A stretch of 49,143 nt of DNA from Sulfitobacter sp. (GCA_036964385.1 JBALTK010000001.1:1-49143); one strand, 5' to 3'. Positions 20,726-30,179 are shown, counted from the stretch's first letter. Notes: generated from the sequence alone by a model not told the origin. Numbers and translations: made by a program.

Positions 20726-23233
20726 TTAACTATCACAGTTCAGTGCTGCCAAAATACCTGCCGTGTCAACATCATGGCCCAAAGGCAGCGCTATCACGCC
20801 GCCCTTTGCCCCAGCCGCCACTGCCCTTGCAACCGCATCTCCCTGCGCGCCCAGATCAAGGCTGATGACAGGCATCCCCGTAGCGAGTGCTTCATGGGTT
20901 GTGAATGAAAACGTCTCGGGCCAGATCGACGGGATCAGCCAGCCCGAAATACCATAGCGCGCAACAAGTCCGGGCAAATCGCGCAACTCATAACTCCCAT
21001 GAACCTGAGCAGGGGCCGTCAACGGCCAAGCAGGATCAATGTGCCCGATCACAACCAGACGCGCAGCGCCTGAGCGGGCCAATTCGCGGTTGAGCTTTTG
21101 CAGCAGGGCCGCCCCTTTTTGATAACCGATATTTCCCAGAACCCCGATCACAGGCACCCCGTCATTTACCGGGGCAATGCGTGGCACAGACGACAGGAGC
21201 AAATGTGGCTCTACACAAAGGGATTTCGCAGATTCAGGATAGGCTTCCATCACGATCGCTCGGCTGTTCTCTGAGAATACCACGCAGCGATCCGCCACGC
21301 TTACCAAACGCCCCCAAGCAGATTGCCAGTCAGCAAGCGTCGCATCATTGCGCCCTGGTCGGGTATATCTGTGGGCTGCATCATCGGCCAATGCCCCCCC
21401 TGCGACGGGCACGCCGCGATAGACACCATCCTTGCCCAAGAGCGTATAGGACGGGCTGATAGGAAATAAATCATGGAAGAGAATTTCAATCGGATGATCG
21501 CGTCCTTCCCCTTTGGCGATCTGCAACAATACATCGGGTAGCATCACAGCGTCACGCGCGCCCACTCCGCACGAATAAATCAGCCTGAGGCGCGGCAGAT
21601 AGGTCAAAAGTGCCTGAATCAGAGACACATCATTGGTCATCCCTGCACTGATCCCCTGCCCCGTATGCAACTCCAACTTCCATGCGTGTCCCTGCCCCAC
21701 GCGCAGAACCACCGCCGCGCCACCAGCATCAAGGTCGCGAGTGATACGATCAGCCAGATAATGTTCTGCCCCGCCACCCATCGCATGGGCAAGATAGACC
21801 GGCACTTCGTCCTGTCGCCCAGCCACCCAAGTAAGCCCCAGCGCAAGTCGCGCCGTGTTCAGCGGATCGGCACGGATGAAATCCTGAACTTCTTGGTCAT
21901 AGCGCGGGTAACGCCGCGAGATTTCAGCGCCATTACGCTCCAACAAAGCTTGTTTCGCAGCAGAGCCGAAGGATTCCCCCCCCCGATGTTCAACAAACAG
22001 ATGGGGTGTGCACAGATTGCGCCCACCAAGAACACGCGCCTTTTGACACCAATCAGTTTCCTCGCCATAGCCTCGGCCAAACGCAGGATCAAGCTGAGGG
22101 ATTTTGGCCAAAAACACAGGAGAAAGCGCCATGCAGAACCCAACACCCGTTGGCGCATCAACCAACCCGTCTGTGGGATGCAATGTGGCGGCGGTACGGT
22201 CCAACACTTCGGCCTCACCATGCTCCAGATCATGGCGATGGCAGATCACCGGCACTGTGAAAATTTCGGCGTCATTGGACATCGGCGTCACGCTGGCCAC
22301 AGAGGCGTCCGCAAGTGGCGCCAGCAACCGCGACGCCCAACCCTCAGGCACCAGAGCATCAGAATTTAGCAAGACAACGGGAGCATCGCGTTTCGCAGCC
22401 TCAACGAGCCCGCGGTTCACGCCTCCTATAAAGCCAAGGTTCGTTTCATTGCGCAGAAGCGTGACCCGCGCAGCTTGCTGTTCAGCCCAACCCTGCAACA
22501 TCGGCCAGACACGCGGATCAGGAGAGCGGTCTTCGACCACAATCATGTGCCAGTCCAGATCAGTATGCGCCGCCACATTTTCCAGACAGGTCGTCAGCAC
22601 CTCGAACGCGTTATAAACAGGCAGCACAATCGTCACAGCGTCATGCGGTCGGGGCAGGGGGGCTGTTACGGCATTCAACGCCCCGCCCGACATTTCGGCA
22701 GAGGTGGATTTGGGCACAAGCCCCAGCCCCTCTTTAGCGACCTCGCGCGCGCCCATGTCACCGTACCGCTTCCAACGCCAGATTGCGGGCAACAGCCCCA
22801 CCAGCGTGCGCAAGTACGGGACGACAAGACGCAATCGCGCGCGTGACACCTGTGCCTCGGAGAAGCCGGCAAGTGTACAGGTTTTTGTATCGCCCCCTTC
22901 GTCTGTTTGCAGGGTCACATCCCCCACCTCAAATGGGGAATCAAACACAAATCCCCGTGCCGCACGACCAGGTTGGGACAGCTCCGGCACCACCCACAGA
23001 CGTGTACGGTTAATGGTCAGTCCTATACGGCCTGCCTCGGTCCACCCCTCAACGATAAGACGCTTATTGCGTAAGCGGATGCTGTCGACATCCCCGAAGC
23101 GGTTACTTGCACTATCGACAAGAGGGCCACCATCCGCATCAAGGGATAGTTTATACTCCGCATAGCGCAGAAAAATCAGGTAAAATCTACGCAGCACGAC
23201 AGTCGCCTTTGGGTTAAAAAGTGCACGGATCAA
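20726..23233 (-). CDS. bifunctional GT2 + GT4-like glycosyltransferase
   Basis: TIVLPVYN, NLGFIGGVNRG, LLNSD, GYGEETDWC (GT2); KGAALL and PSIWPETFSFTTHEALATGMPVI (GT4); start codon uncertain. Confidence 0.88.
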   Translation of the reverse strand: MIRALFNPKATVVLRRFYLIFLRYAEYKLSLDADGGPLVDSASNRFGDVDSIRLRNKRLIVEGWTEAGRIGLTINRTRLWVVPELSQPGRAARGFVFDSPFEVGDVTLQTDEGGDTKTCTLAGFSEAQVSRARLRLVVPYLRTLVGLLPAIWRWKRYGDMGAREVAKEGLGLVPKSTSAEMSGGALNAVTAPLPRPHDAVTIVLPVYNAFEVLTTCLENVAAHTDLDWHMIVVEDRSPDPRVWPMLQGWAEQQAARVTLLRNETNLGFIGGVNRGLVEAAKRDAPVVLLNSDALVPEGWASRLLAPLADASVASVTPMSNDAEIFTVPVICHRHDLEHGEAEVLDRTAATLHPTDGLVDAPTGVGFCMALSPVFLAKIPQLDPAFGRGYGEETDWCQKARVLGGRNLCTPHLFVEHRGGESFGSAAKQALLERNGAEISRRYPRYDQEVQDFIRADPLNTARLALGLTWVAGRQDEVPVYLAHAMGGGAEHYLADRITRDLDAGGAAVVLRVGQGHAWKLELHTGQGISAGMTNDVSLIQALLTYLPRLRLIYSCGVGARDAVMLPDVLLQIAKGEGRDHPIEILFHDLFPISPSYTLLGKDGVYRGVPVAGGALADDAAHRYTRPGRNDATLADWQSAWGRLVSVADRCVVFSENSRAIVMEAYPESAKSLCVEPHLLLSSVPRIAPVNDGVPVIGVLGNIGYQKGAALLQKLNRELARSGAARLVVIGHIDPAWPLTAPAQVHGSYELRDLPGLVARYGISGWLIPSIWPETFSFTTHEALATGMPVISLDLGAQGDAVARAVAAGAKGGVIALPLGHDVDTAGILAALNCDS

Positions 23234-23278
23234 ATTAGTCGTGAACCGCCTAAGTGTCCATCCGAAGCGAGCGGGGGG

Positions 23279-23302
23279 AAATGTTTCGCGCGCGAAACAT
23301 TT
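23279..23302. promoter_or_regulatory. 24-bp perfect palindrome, candidate parS centromere
   Basis: AAATGTTTCGCGCGCGAAACATTT, 30 bp downstream of the parB stop; arms TGTTTC/GAAACA match those of the canonical parS. Confidence 0.65.
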
Positions 23303-23332
23303 ACGACTCCAGTCGATGCCAACAAGAGGCGC

Positions 23333-24370
23333 CTATGCGCCGCCGTCATCCGTACGTTTGCGCAACCAATCATACAGCTCACGGGTAAGGGCAGGCGTCA
23401 GGACAGGCCCTGAAATAACAACACTCCCATCAGCGCGCGTCTCGGCCTTGAGACCTGGAACAAGGCGGCGGATTGTTGGCGCAGTATTCTGCGCACGTGG
23501 GGTCCGAGCCTTGGGCTGCGCGGGAGCTTCAAGCAGCCTCTTTATAACAGACTGCTCACCTGCCGCATCGGCAGGTGGAGTTCCCAAAGCAGCCTGCAAG
23601 CGCGCAGGGAGGGTGGAGTCGTCGTCCAATGCCCGCGACAGGGCGAGGCCCAAACGTTCACCCAAATCTTCAGGAAACTGAAGAATGCCATCCAGATGGG
23701 CCACAACAGGTAAAAAAGACTTAATCTTGGAGCGCTTGGCGCGGCTGGCAGTCCTAAATAGAGACTGAAGTGCGGTTTTGTCACTATCAAAAACTTGTCC
23801 TGCTACTGATTTGGAGACAATCCGCGCACGCTCATAATAGGACAGCCCGACCCGTATCTCGTTCTCCTCAATCATGGCGAGGTAGGCCTCGGGTGCATCT
23901 TGGGGCACGCGCAGCAATGCAAGAACAGGACGGTCGCCCAACTGCTTTACGGCATTCAAGCGCCGCCAGCCCGAAATCAGACCATATCGCGCCCCGCCCA
24001 AATCAACCACTTCGATCGGGCTTTGCTGTCCCCGCTCCGAGATGGATTGGACGAGAACGGACATTTCGTCGGCTTCGATACGGGTGCGATCGCGCATGAG
24101 GTAGTTGGGATCAATACTGGCCGGATCAAGTTCCAGCACCATCCGCCCCTCGCGCCTTGCTTTGTTTAACGTCTCCACCACGTCAGACAGGGCCGCCTGA
24201 GAGGCAGCATCTGCGGCAACATTAGCAATGGGTGGCGTGGCGCCTGCTGTCCGTGCTGAGGGTCTGGCAGGTGTCAGCGCCGCTGCTTCGGCAGAAGAGA
24301 CCGGGGCGCCAGTCTCAGGGTCCCCTCCGTCATGGAAGGCAGCGGGACCGAGACGTTTACGTTTGGCCAT
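23333..24370 (-). CDS. parB: plasmid partitioning protein ParB
   Basis: SISERGQQSPIEV, YGLISGWRRL (ParB CTPase box), MIEENEIRVGLSYYERA; downstream of parA. Confidence 0.93.
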   Translation of the reverse strand: MAKRKRLGPAAFHDGGDPETGAPVSSAEAAALTPARPSARTAGATPPIANVAADAASQAALSDVVETLNKARREGRMVLELDPASIDPNYLMRDRTRIEADEMSVLVQSISERGQQSPIEVVDLGGARYGLISGWRRLNAVKQLGDRPVLALLRVPQDAPEAYLAMIEENEIRVGLSYYERARIVSKSVAGQVFDSDKTALQSLFRTASRAKRSKIKSFLPVVAHLDGILQFPEDLGERLGLALSRALDDDSTLPARLQAALGTPPADAAGEQSVIKRLLEAPAQPKARTPRAQNTAPTIRRLVPGLKAETRADGSVVISGPVLTPALTRELYDWLRKRTDDGGA

Positions 24371-24451
24371 TGCAGAGTTCCTCTCGAAGATCGTTTTGAA
24401 GCGTTGTGCGCAATCACACCTAATAGAGTCTAAATAAACCGACCGATGACA

Positions 24452-25837
24452 TCATTCCGATGCTGCCTCTGCGGCTTGCACGTCGCGACGCCATGCACCG
24501 ATGAGCAGGGTTTTGAAGGCAGCGTATGTGGCATCAAATGTTTCGCGACCACGGGCATATGTTTCGCGGTTAAAATCGCGGTAATCCGCCTCATAAATGC
24601 CGCGCACCTGTTCACCAGCCTGACCGATTAACGCGGTAAAGCCCTGACGATGCGGGGAGAGAGTGGGGCCAAGATAGGCCTGCATCAAAGCAGCAAGTTC
24701 AGCTTGCTGTGCCCCATCATAGCGGGTGACCACGGCGCGCACAGCATCCCATTCAAACGATAACTCTGGGCGCCCGAGGGCGCGTGCCGCGATGTTCTCT
24801 CCATCCTCGATGGATTTGAAGGTGGTGTGCAGCATGTCAAAGAAACGGCCGGTGCTGTCGAATTCGAGAAACGACGCGCCTAGCGGGACCAATAAGATAT
24901 CAGCCGCGGCCAACCCGTTGATGGTGAGGTAGCCAAGGGCAGGGGGAGTATCGATGAAAATGACGTCGTATTGGTCGAGCACGCCATCTTCTTCCAGCCG
25001 ATCTGTGAGCGCGTCCCACAGCTTCCAGCCGCGGCTGGCCATGCGCCAGACAGGCACCTGAAACTCTGCCCAATACAGATTGAGCTGCGCCCCAATCAGA
25101 TCAATGTTGGGCCAGTGGGTGCTTTGGATAATATCGGAAGCTTTGATGTCGAGCGCCTCGGTCAAGGTTTCGTCCAGCGGGTGGGGGGGCTCTCCGCGGT
25201 CCAGGCGGCGCTGGTTCTCGGCACGCAGATTGGTTGCATAGTGGCGTGCGATTAGCGGAAAGACCGTTTGCCATTCATCCTCGACCTTGCCGCCAAAGAT
25301 CGAGGTCATTGACCCTTGGCTATCGAGATCAATTACAAGGACCTTGTAACCATCCAGCGCCGCTGACATGGCCAGATGCGCAGCAGTGGATGTCTTGCCC
25401 ACGCCGCCTTTGAAGTTTGCGACGGCAACCATTTTGGCGGGTTGGCCTTCGGGGCGGTAGGGGCGGTAATCTTTTGCCTTGGAGCCCTCGGCGGCGAAAT
25501 GCGCACGCAGACGAAGGACCTCATCAAGGGCAAACCATTTGGCCCCGCCCTCCGTTTCGGAGCGACCTTGGGGCAGCTCAGGGTTTTGCTTGAGGACACG
25601 GCGGAAGTGACCTTGGGCCACTGGAATAAGATATCGGGTGATTTCCCATGTGGAGAAGAGACGCAGCTTGCGCGCACCGTCCCCTTCCAGCCCGCGCGAG
25701 GCAAGATCGTTGCGGCCATTGGCACAGGCCACCGCAATCTGCTCAAACCCTTGGGTCGTCGTCGGCGCGCCCAGTGCATGAAGAGCAGTATCTGGATCAA
25801 TGTTGAAATAAGGGGGTAGCCCTGGCGTATTCTCCAT
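24452..25837 (-). CDS. parA: plasmid partitioning ATPase ParA with N-terminal extension
   Basis: Deviant Walker A NFKGGVGKTST, VIDLDSQGS, Walker B IFIDTPPALG. Confidence 0.95.
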   Translation of the reverse strand: MENTPGLPPYFNIDPDTALHALGAPTTTQGFEQIAVACANGRNDLASRGLEGDGARKLRLFSTWEITRYLIPVAQGHFRRVLKQNPELPQGRSETEGGAKWFALDEVLRLRAHFAAEGSKAKDYRPYRPEGQPAKMVAVANFKGGVGKTSTAAHLAMSAALDGYKVLVIDLDSQGSMTSIFGGKVEDEWQTVFPLIARHYATNLRAENQRRLDRGEPPHPLDETLTEALDIKASDIIQSTHWPNIDLIGAQLNLYWAEFQVPVWRMASRGWKLWDALTDRLEEDGVLDQYDVIFIDTPPALGYLTINGLAAADILLVPLGASFLEFDSTGRFFDMLHTTFKSIEDGENIAARALGRPELSFEWDAVRAVVTRYDGAQQAELAALMQAYLGPTLSPHRQGFTALIGQAGEQVRGIYEADYRDFNRETYARGRETFDATYAAFKTLLIGAWRRDVQAAEAASE

Positions 25838-26124
25838 ATGCTCTAACCTTTTGAGGCGCCCTCTTTACGGGGCATGTGCGGTGATTTTGACAGAAGACAG
25901 CAAAACACGCAACATCTGTTTAAAGGTGCAACATCCCCTCCAACCCCCCTTTGTTTCTAAGCATTTTGAGGGGGCGAGGGTAGGATATGGGTCTTTATAT
26001 GAGCTGTGATTGTGGTTTTGAATAAAAATATCTTGTTATGAATTGTTAGTTATTAGTTACACAGTTCCATAATGTAGAAAAAGCCTTTGGACTCATCTCA
26101 TTAGGCGATGGATTTTCATAGATG

Positions 26125-26184
26125 CGACTCTGATACCACGTTCAAGCGACTCTGATACCACGAGTAACCGACTCTGATCCCACG
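26125..26184 (+). repeat. three 16-bp direct repeats at 22-bp period (iterons)
   Basis: CGACTCTGATACCACG at 26125 and 26147; CGACTCTGATCCCACG at 26169. Confidence 0.9.
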
Positions 26185-26216
26185 CTGTGATAAGGGGGTG
26201 AACCGTAGACGGAGCC

Positions 26217-26225
26217 TGTGGATAA
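26217..26225 (-). promoter_or_regulatory. DnaA box
   Basis: TGTGGATAA is the reverse complement of consensus TTATCCACA; 32 bp from the last iteron. Confidence 0.75.
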
Positions 26226-26372
26226 CTTTAGGATGTCACTGAAACCCCGAAGAGGACAGATTCGTCTGTTTGGCGGAGGGAACTATATCAGAGGCCGCAA
26301 AGGCCCGATCGAGCAGTAAGGCGCGCAAGCGTCAAAATATAAAGTGCGCAAAAGCGTGCGGCAGGGCAAGGC

Positions 26373-27368
26373 ATGACAGATATAGCAGGGCGCGGGCTAT
26401 TGCCCGAGCGGCATCCAACAGCAGACTTTTTTGTTTGTGATATTCTGGGTGCAAGTCCCAAGGATGATCTTGGATCGATGGAGCATCCTATTTTTTCGCT
26501 CTCGACGCGTCCTGACAGGCGCATCTTGAGCTATGAGCACAATGGTACGACGGTGGATGTAACACCTTCTGTGCGCGGGCGTGCGACGATTCATGACAAA
26601 GATATTATCATCTACTGTGTTAGCCAGCTGATGGCGGCGGTGAATGCGGGGCGTGCGATCAGCCGAACCTTGCATTTGACGGCGCATGATTTGTTGGTGG
26701 CGACCAACCGCGACACTTCGGGCGATGCCTATGCGCGCCTGCGCGAAGCGTTCGAGCGCTTGGCGGGGACACGGATCACCACCAATATGGCTACGGATGG
26801 CATGGAAGTGACCAGTGGTTTTGGCCTGATCGAAGCATGGGAGATCGTGCGGCGCACGCGTGGCGGACGGATGACCCAAGTGAAGGTTACCCTGTCGGAA
26901 TGGTTGTTTCGGGCGGTGCAGGCAAAATCTGTTCTGACGCTGAGCCGCGATTATTTCCGATTGCGCAAACCGCTTGAGCGGCGGGTCTATGAATTGGCGC
27001 GTAAACATTGCGGGCGGCAGTCGGAATGGAAGATCACTGTGGGAACACTGCATAAGAAGGCAGGCAGTGCGGCCCCTGTTCGGGTGTTTCGCGCCGCCCT
27101 GCGCCGGATGATCGTGGATGAGAACCTGCCTGATTATGACATGGCCGAAGTGCCGGGGGACGTGATTGTCTTTAGCCGCCAGCGAAAGGGCGGGGTGGCA
27201 GGACCTGTCTTGTCCACTCAAGCGTTAGAGCATGCGCGCATGCTGGATCCAGGTGCTGATATCTATGCGCTGGAAGCCGACTGGCGCAGCTGGTGGGATG
27301 AGACAGGTCGTCCGCGTTTGGGGAATGCAGATGCGGCGTTTTTAGGGTGGGTTAAGGCCCGCGCCTGA
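26373..27368 (+). CDS. repA: plasmid replication initiator protein A (Rhodobacterales RepA type)
   Basis: KDDLGSMEHPIFSLS, GRATIHDKDIIIY, LTLSRDYFRLRKPLERRVYELARKHCG motifs; adjacent to iterons and parAB. Confidence 0.92.
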   Translation: MTDIAGRGLLPERHPTADFFVCDILGASPKDDLGSMEHPIFSLSTRPDRRILSYEHNGTTVDVTPSVRGRATIHDKDIIIYCVSQLMAAVNAGRAISRTLHLTAHDLLVATNRDTSGDAYARLREAFERLAGTRITTNMATDGMEVTSGFGLIEAWEIVRRTRGGRMTQVKVTLSEWLFRAVQAKSVLTLSRDYFRLRKPLERRVYELARKHCGRQSEWKITVGTLHKKAGSAAPVRVFRAALRRMIVDENLPDYDMAEVPGDVIVFSRQRKGGVAGPVLSTQALEHARMLDPGADIYALEADWRSWWDETGRPRLGNADAAFLGWVKARA

Positions 27369-27387
27369 GCGCGGTACCACCTAAGAT

Positions 27388-27429
27388 CCATCAGCCCGTT
27401 CGCAAACCTGCAACAAAGCTGATGGTTTT
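27388..27429 (+). terminator. possible intrinsic terminator of repA
   Basis: CCATCAGC...GCTGATGG stem followed by TTTT, between convergent repA and manB; loop is large. Confidence 0.45.
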
Positions 27430-27434
27430 GTCTA

Positions 27435-28832
27435 CTAGGTCAGCGCAGCTTTGATCTTTGCCAAATGGCTATCAACCAATGTTAGAGCCACATTCATACT
27501 GTCAGCCTCGGCATAGCATCTGCATTCGGGCGCGTTTCCCGAGGGGCGCAAATGCACGATTGAGCCGCAGTCAAACGCCACCCGAAGCCCGTCTGTGAGG
27601 TCAATGGCTTTCTCTTGGCCGACACCGTGGAAGAAAGCCGCGCGCGCTTCGGCGCTGTTTTTCAGGCCTTCAATGAAAGCCCCTGACTTCTCGGTAGGGA
27701 CTTCTTGTACGCGATCGGCGGCGGTAAAGCGCGGGGGCAGGGCGGTGGTCATATCAGTCAGGGATCCGCCCGCAGCGCGTGCGGCCGCCAGCGGAGCGAT
27801 CAGAGGGAGTAGGCTGTCGCGGGTCATCAGCGGGGCCAGTGGGCCGGTTGGACCTGCAGCGGTAAAGCCCAGCAAGAAGCCACCGTTTGCTTCATAGCCT
27901 GTGATTTTGGTTGTGGGGTTTGCTTCCAGCGCCTCCTCCATCGCGGCAATCACAAAGGGTGATCCGATACGTGTGCGCGTGATGGCGGTGAATTGGGGCA
28001 TGTGATCGATCAGCGTGTTGGACGAGACAGGCGTGATCAAAGTGTCGGCACCAAGGAAGGCGGCTGTGATCGGCCCAAGTAAGTCACCCGCGATGATGGT
28101 GCCCGTGGCATCGGCAAGCATCGGGCGGTCGCCATCACCATCGGTTGAGATGATCGCATCAAGGCTGTGCTCTTTGGCCCAACCTGCCAACAAGCCACGT
28201 GTGGCGGGATCAACAGCTTCTGTATCCACAGGGATAAACACATCCGAGCGCGCAAGCGCCACGGTTTTGGCCCCCAGAACGCGCATGATGTCACCCATCA
28301 CGTCGCGCGCAACAGAGCTGTGTTCATATACACCAATGCGCTGATCTTTGAGCGCGTCTGCACCAAAGGCTTGTGCATAGCGCGCAACATAAGCGGGCAG
28401 GGCATCTGTGCGGGGCTCGATTGCGCCCTTGGTCGGGGCATCGACGTGATCTTCTTGCAGGGCGGCAAGAATAGCGAGCTCATCTGTTTTGGAAACTTCG
28501 CCCAAGGGGACATAAAATTTCAAACCGTTGCGGTCGGCGGGGATATGGCTGCCTGTGATCATCACGGCGGCATCCCCTTGAGACATTGATGCAAGCGCCA
28601 GCGCGGGTGTGGGAACTGGCCCATGGTTGATGGCAGTCAGGCCTGCGGCACAAACCGCTTCCATCACCGCATCAGCGATGGCAGGGGACGAGGGGCGCAA
28701 ATCCCATCCCACATGCACAGCAGCCCCTTGCGGACAGGCCGCGATGAAGGCCCGCACATAGGCGCGGACCAGATCAGGTGTCAGTTCGGTAACGAGGCCA
28801 CGCAGGCCGCTGGTGCCAAATTTGGGGGGCAT
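27435..28832 (-). CDS. manB: phosphomannomutase
   Basis: KFGTSGLRG, MITGSHIPADRNGLKFY, STDGDGDRP, GYEANGG, HLRPSGNAPE; ATG at 28832 preferred. Confidence 0.92.
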   Translation of the reverse strand: MPPKFGTSGLRGLVTELTPDLVRAYVRAFIAACPQGAAVHVGWDLRPSSPAIADAVMEAVCAAGLTAINHGPVPTPALALASMSQGDAAVMITGSHIPADRNGLKFYVPLGEVSKTDELAILAALQEDHVDAPTKGAIEPRTDALPAYVARYAQAFGADALKDQRIGVYEHSSVARDVMGDIMRVLGAKTVALARSDVFIPVDTEAVDPATRGLLAGWAKEHSLDAIISTDGDGDRPMLADATGTIIAGDLLGPITAAFLGADTLITPVSSNTLIDHMPQFTAITRTRIGSPFVIAAMEEALEANPTTKITGYEANGGFLLGFTAAGPTGPLAPLMTRDSLLPLIAPLAAARAAGGSLTDMTTALPPRFTAADRVQEVPTEKSGAFIEGLKNSAEARAAFFHGVGQEKAIDLTDGLRVAFDCGSIVHLRPSGNAPECRCYAEADSMNVALTLVDSHLAKIKAALT

Positions 28833-28988
28833 TGGAAATCTCTTTGTTTGGTCGAACACGGTTTCACACGTGTATGCCTTGGCGTGCGTAGGGCTGCAAG
28901 GCGACCGCGCAACGCGCGCTCTGGCACGGTGGTGTTAACCGCGTGGGGACATGGTCCGCAGCAACTGAATATTTTTCTGGAGTAGCTG

Positions 28989-30107
28989 ATGCCCGATACG
29001 TCTCCCATCTTGTCTTTGCCTTTCATCCAACCTGCACAGGCGCAAAAGCACGTCACCCATAACGAAGCTTTGCGTGTGTTGGATGCAGTGGTCCAGTTAG
29101 TTGTTGTCTCTGCCGATCTCGGCACGCCGCCGATTACCCCCCAAAGCGGTGACCGCTATATTGTGGGGCCCTCCGCCAATGGGGACTGGACCGGTCGCAG
29201 TGGCGAAGTCGCGGTCTTTGCAGACGGGTACTGGAGCTTTGTCTCCCCGCAGGCAGGATGGAGCGCGCAAGTTCTGACACCCAAAGGCATGTTGGTCTAT
29301 GATGCGGTTGCAGGGTGGGAGGCATCCGCCGCACAAACCACAGCTCAACTTGGGGTCAACACAACGGCTGACGCTGTGAACCGGTTGAGCGTTGCAGCCC
29401 CTGCAACATTACTCACCCATGAGGGGGCGGGCCACCAACTCAAGCTGAACAAAGCGGGGATCACGGATACGGCGAGCTTGCTCTACCAGACAGGGTTTTC
29501 GGGGCGCGCGGAAATCGGACTGGCTGGTGATGACGCCTTTGCCATCAAAGTGAGTACGGATGGTGCGGCATGGCAAGACGCGCTGCGTGTTGATCCTGTC
29601 AGTGCCCGGGTAACATTCAACGAGCCGCTGGCGGGGATGGCGGTGACACAAGGGCCGTCGGATACAACAGCCGACCGGGTGATCCGCACGCAAGACGGAT
29701 ATGTCAAAAGCTCCGTATTAGGGACTGTTTCACAAGTGGGCGGCGTGCCAACGGGTGCCGTGATCGAGAGCGGTACAAATGCAAATGGCAACTATGTGCG
29801 TTTCGCCGATGGCACGCAGATATGCGACAGTATCGTGACTGCTACCTTCAGCACGATTGAAAAGCTGAGTGTGCGTTGGACCTTTCCAGTAGACTTTACA
29901 ACAATGCCAAATTGCACTGCCATGCTGCGGGCGAGTAATATGGCAGCTGACATCACTCCGCCCGTCAATGACATCACAACTGTTATGCGCGGAGCGAGCA
30001 ACGGAACCTTGTGTGATTTTCTGGTGTACCGTGTAACGGGTGGCACGAACTTTGTTGCGGGCGATGCCACACCTGTCCAAGTCACTGCTATTGGCCGCTG
30101 GTTCTGA
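28989..30107 (+). CDS. DUF2793 domain protein, GTA/phage tail-fibre-like
   Basis: N-terminal LSLPFIQPAQAQKHVTHNEALRVLD (DUF2793 signature); LGVNTTADAVNRLSV and ASLLYQTGFSGRAEIGLAG; C-terminal SGTNANGNYVRFADGTQIC...WTFPVDF...AIGRW resembling tail-fibre tip domains; GGAG RBS. Confidence 0.8.
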   Translation: MPDTSPILSLPFIQPAQAQKHVTHNEALRVLDAVVQLVVVSADLGTPPITPQSGDRYIVGPSANGDWTGRSGEVAVFADGYWSFVSPQAGWSAQVLTPKGMLVYDAVAGWEASAAQTTAQLGVNTTADAVNRLSVAAPATLLTHEGAGHQLKLNKAGITDTASLLYQTGFSGRAEIGLAGDDAFAIKVSTDGAAWQDALRVDPVSARVTFNEPLAGMAVTQGPSDTTADRVIRTQDGYVKSSVLGTVSQVGGVPTGAVIESGTNANGNYVRFADGTQICDSIVTATFSTIEKLSVRWTFPVDFTTMPNCTAMLRASNMAADITPPVNDITTVMRGASNGTLCDFLVYRVTGGTNFVAGDATPVQVTAIGRWF

Positions 30108-30129
30108 GTGGATACGAGCGGCGTAAAAG

Positions 30130-30155
30130 AAAACGGCCCCCGAGGAGGCCGTTTT
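30130..30155. terminator. bidirectional intrinsic terminator
   Basis: AAAACGGCC-N8-GGCCGTTTT between the convergent DUF2793 gene and manC. Confidence 0.8.
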
Positions 30156-30179
30156 AAGAAAGATGTCGTTTCGCTGTAA

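Larger units (their letters stand above)
25990..26225. other. plasmid replication origin (AT-rich tract + iterons + DnaA box)
   Basis: AT-rich stretch ~25990-26080, three iterons at 26125-26184 and a DnaA box at 26217-26225, all in the parA/repA divergent intergenic region. Confidence 0.75.

Noticed and set aside
26125-26184. Short regularly spaced repeats as a possible CRISPR array
   Set aside because: Repeats are 16 bp with 6-bp gaps, there are no cas genes, and the position beside repA and a DnaA box indicates iterons
28989-30107. Prophage remnant
   Set aside because: Single intact gene with RBS and terminator; no other phage genes, integrase or decayed fragments visible nearby
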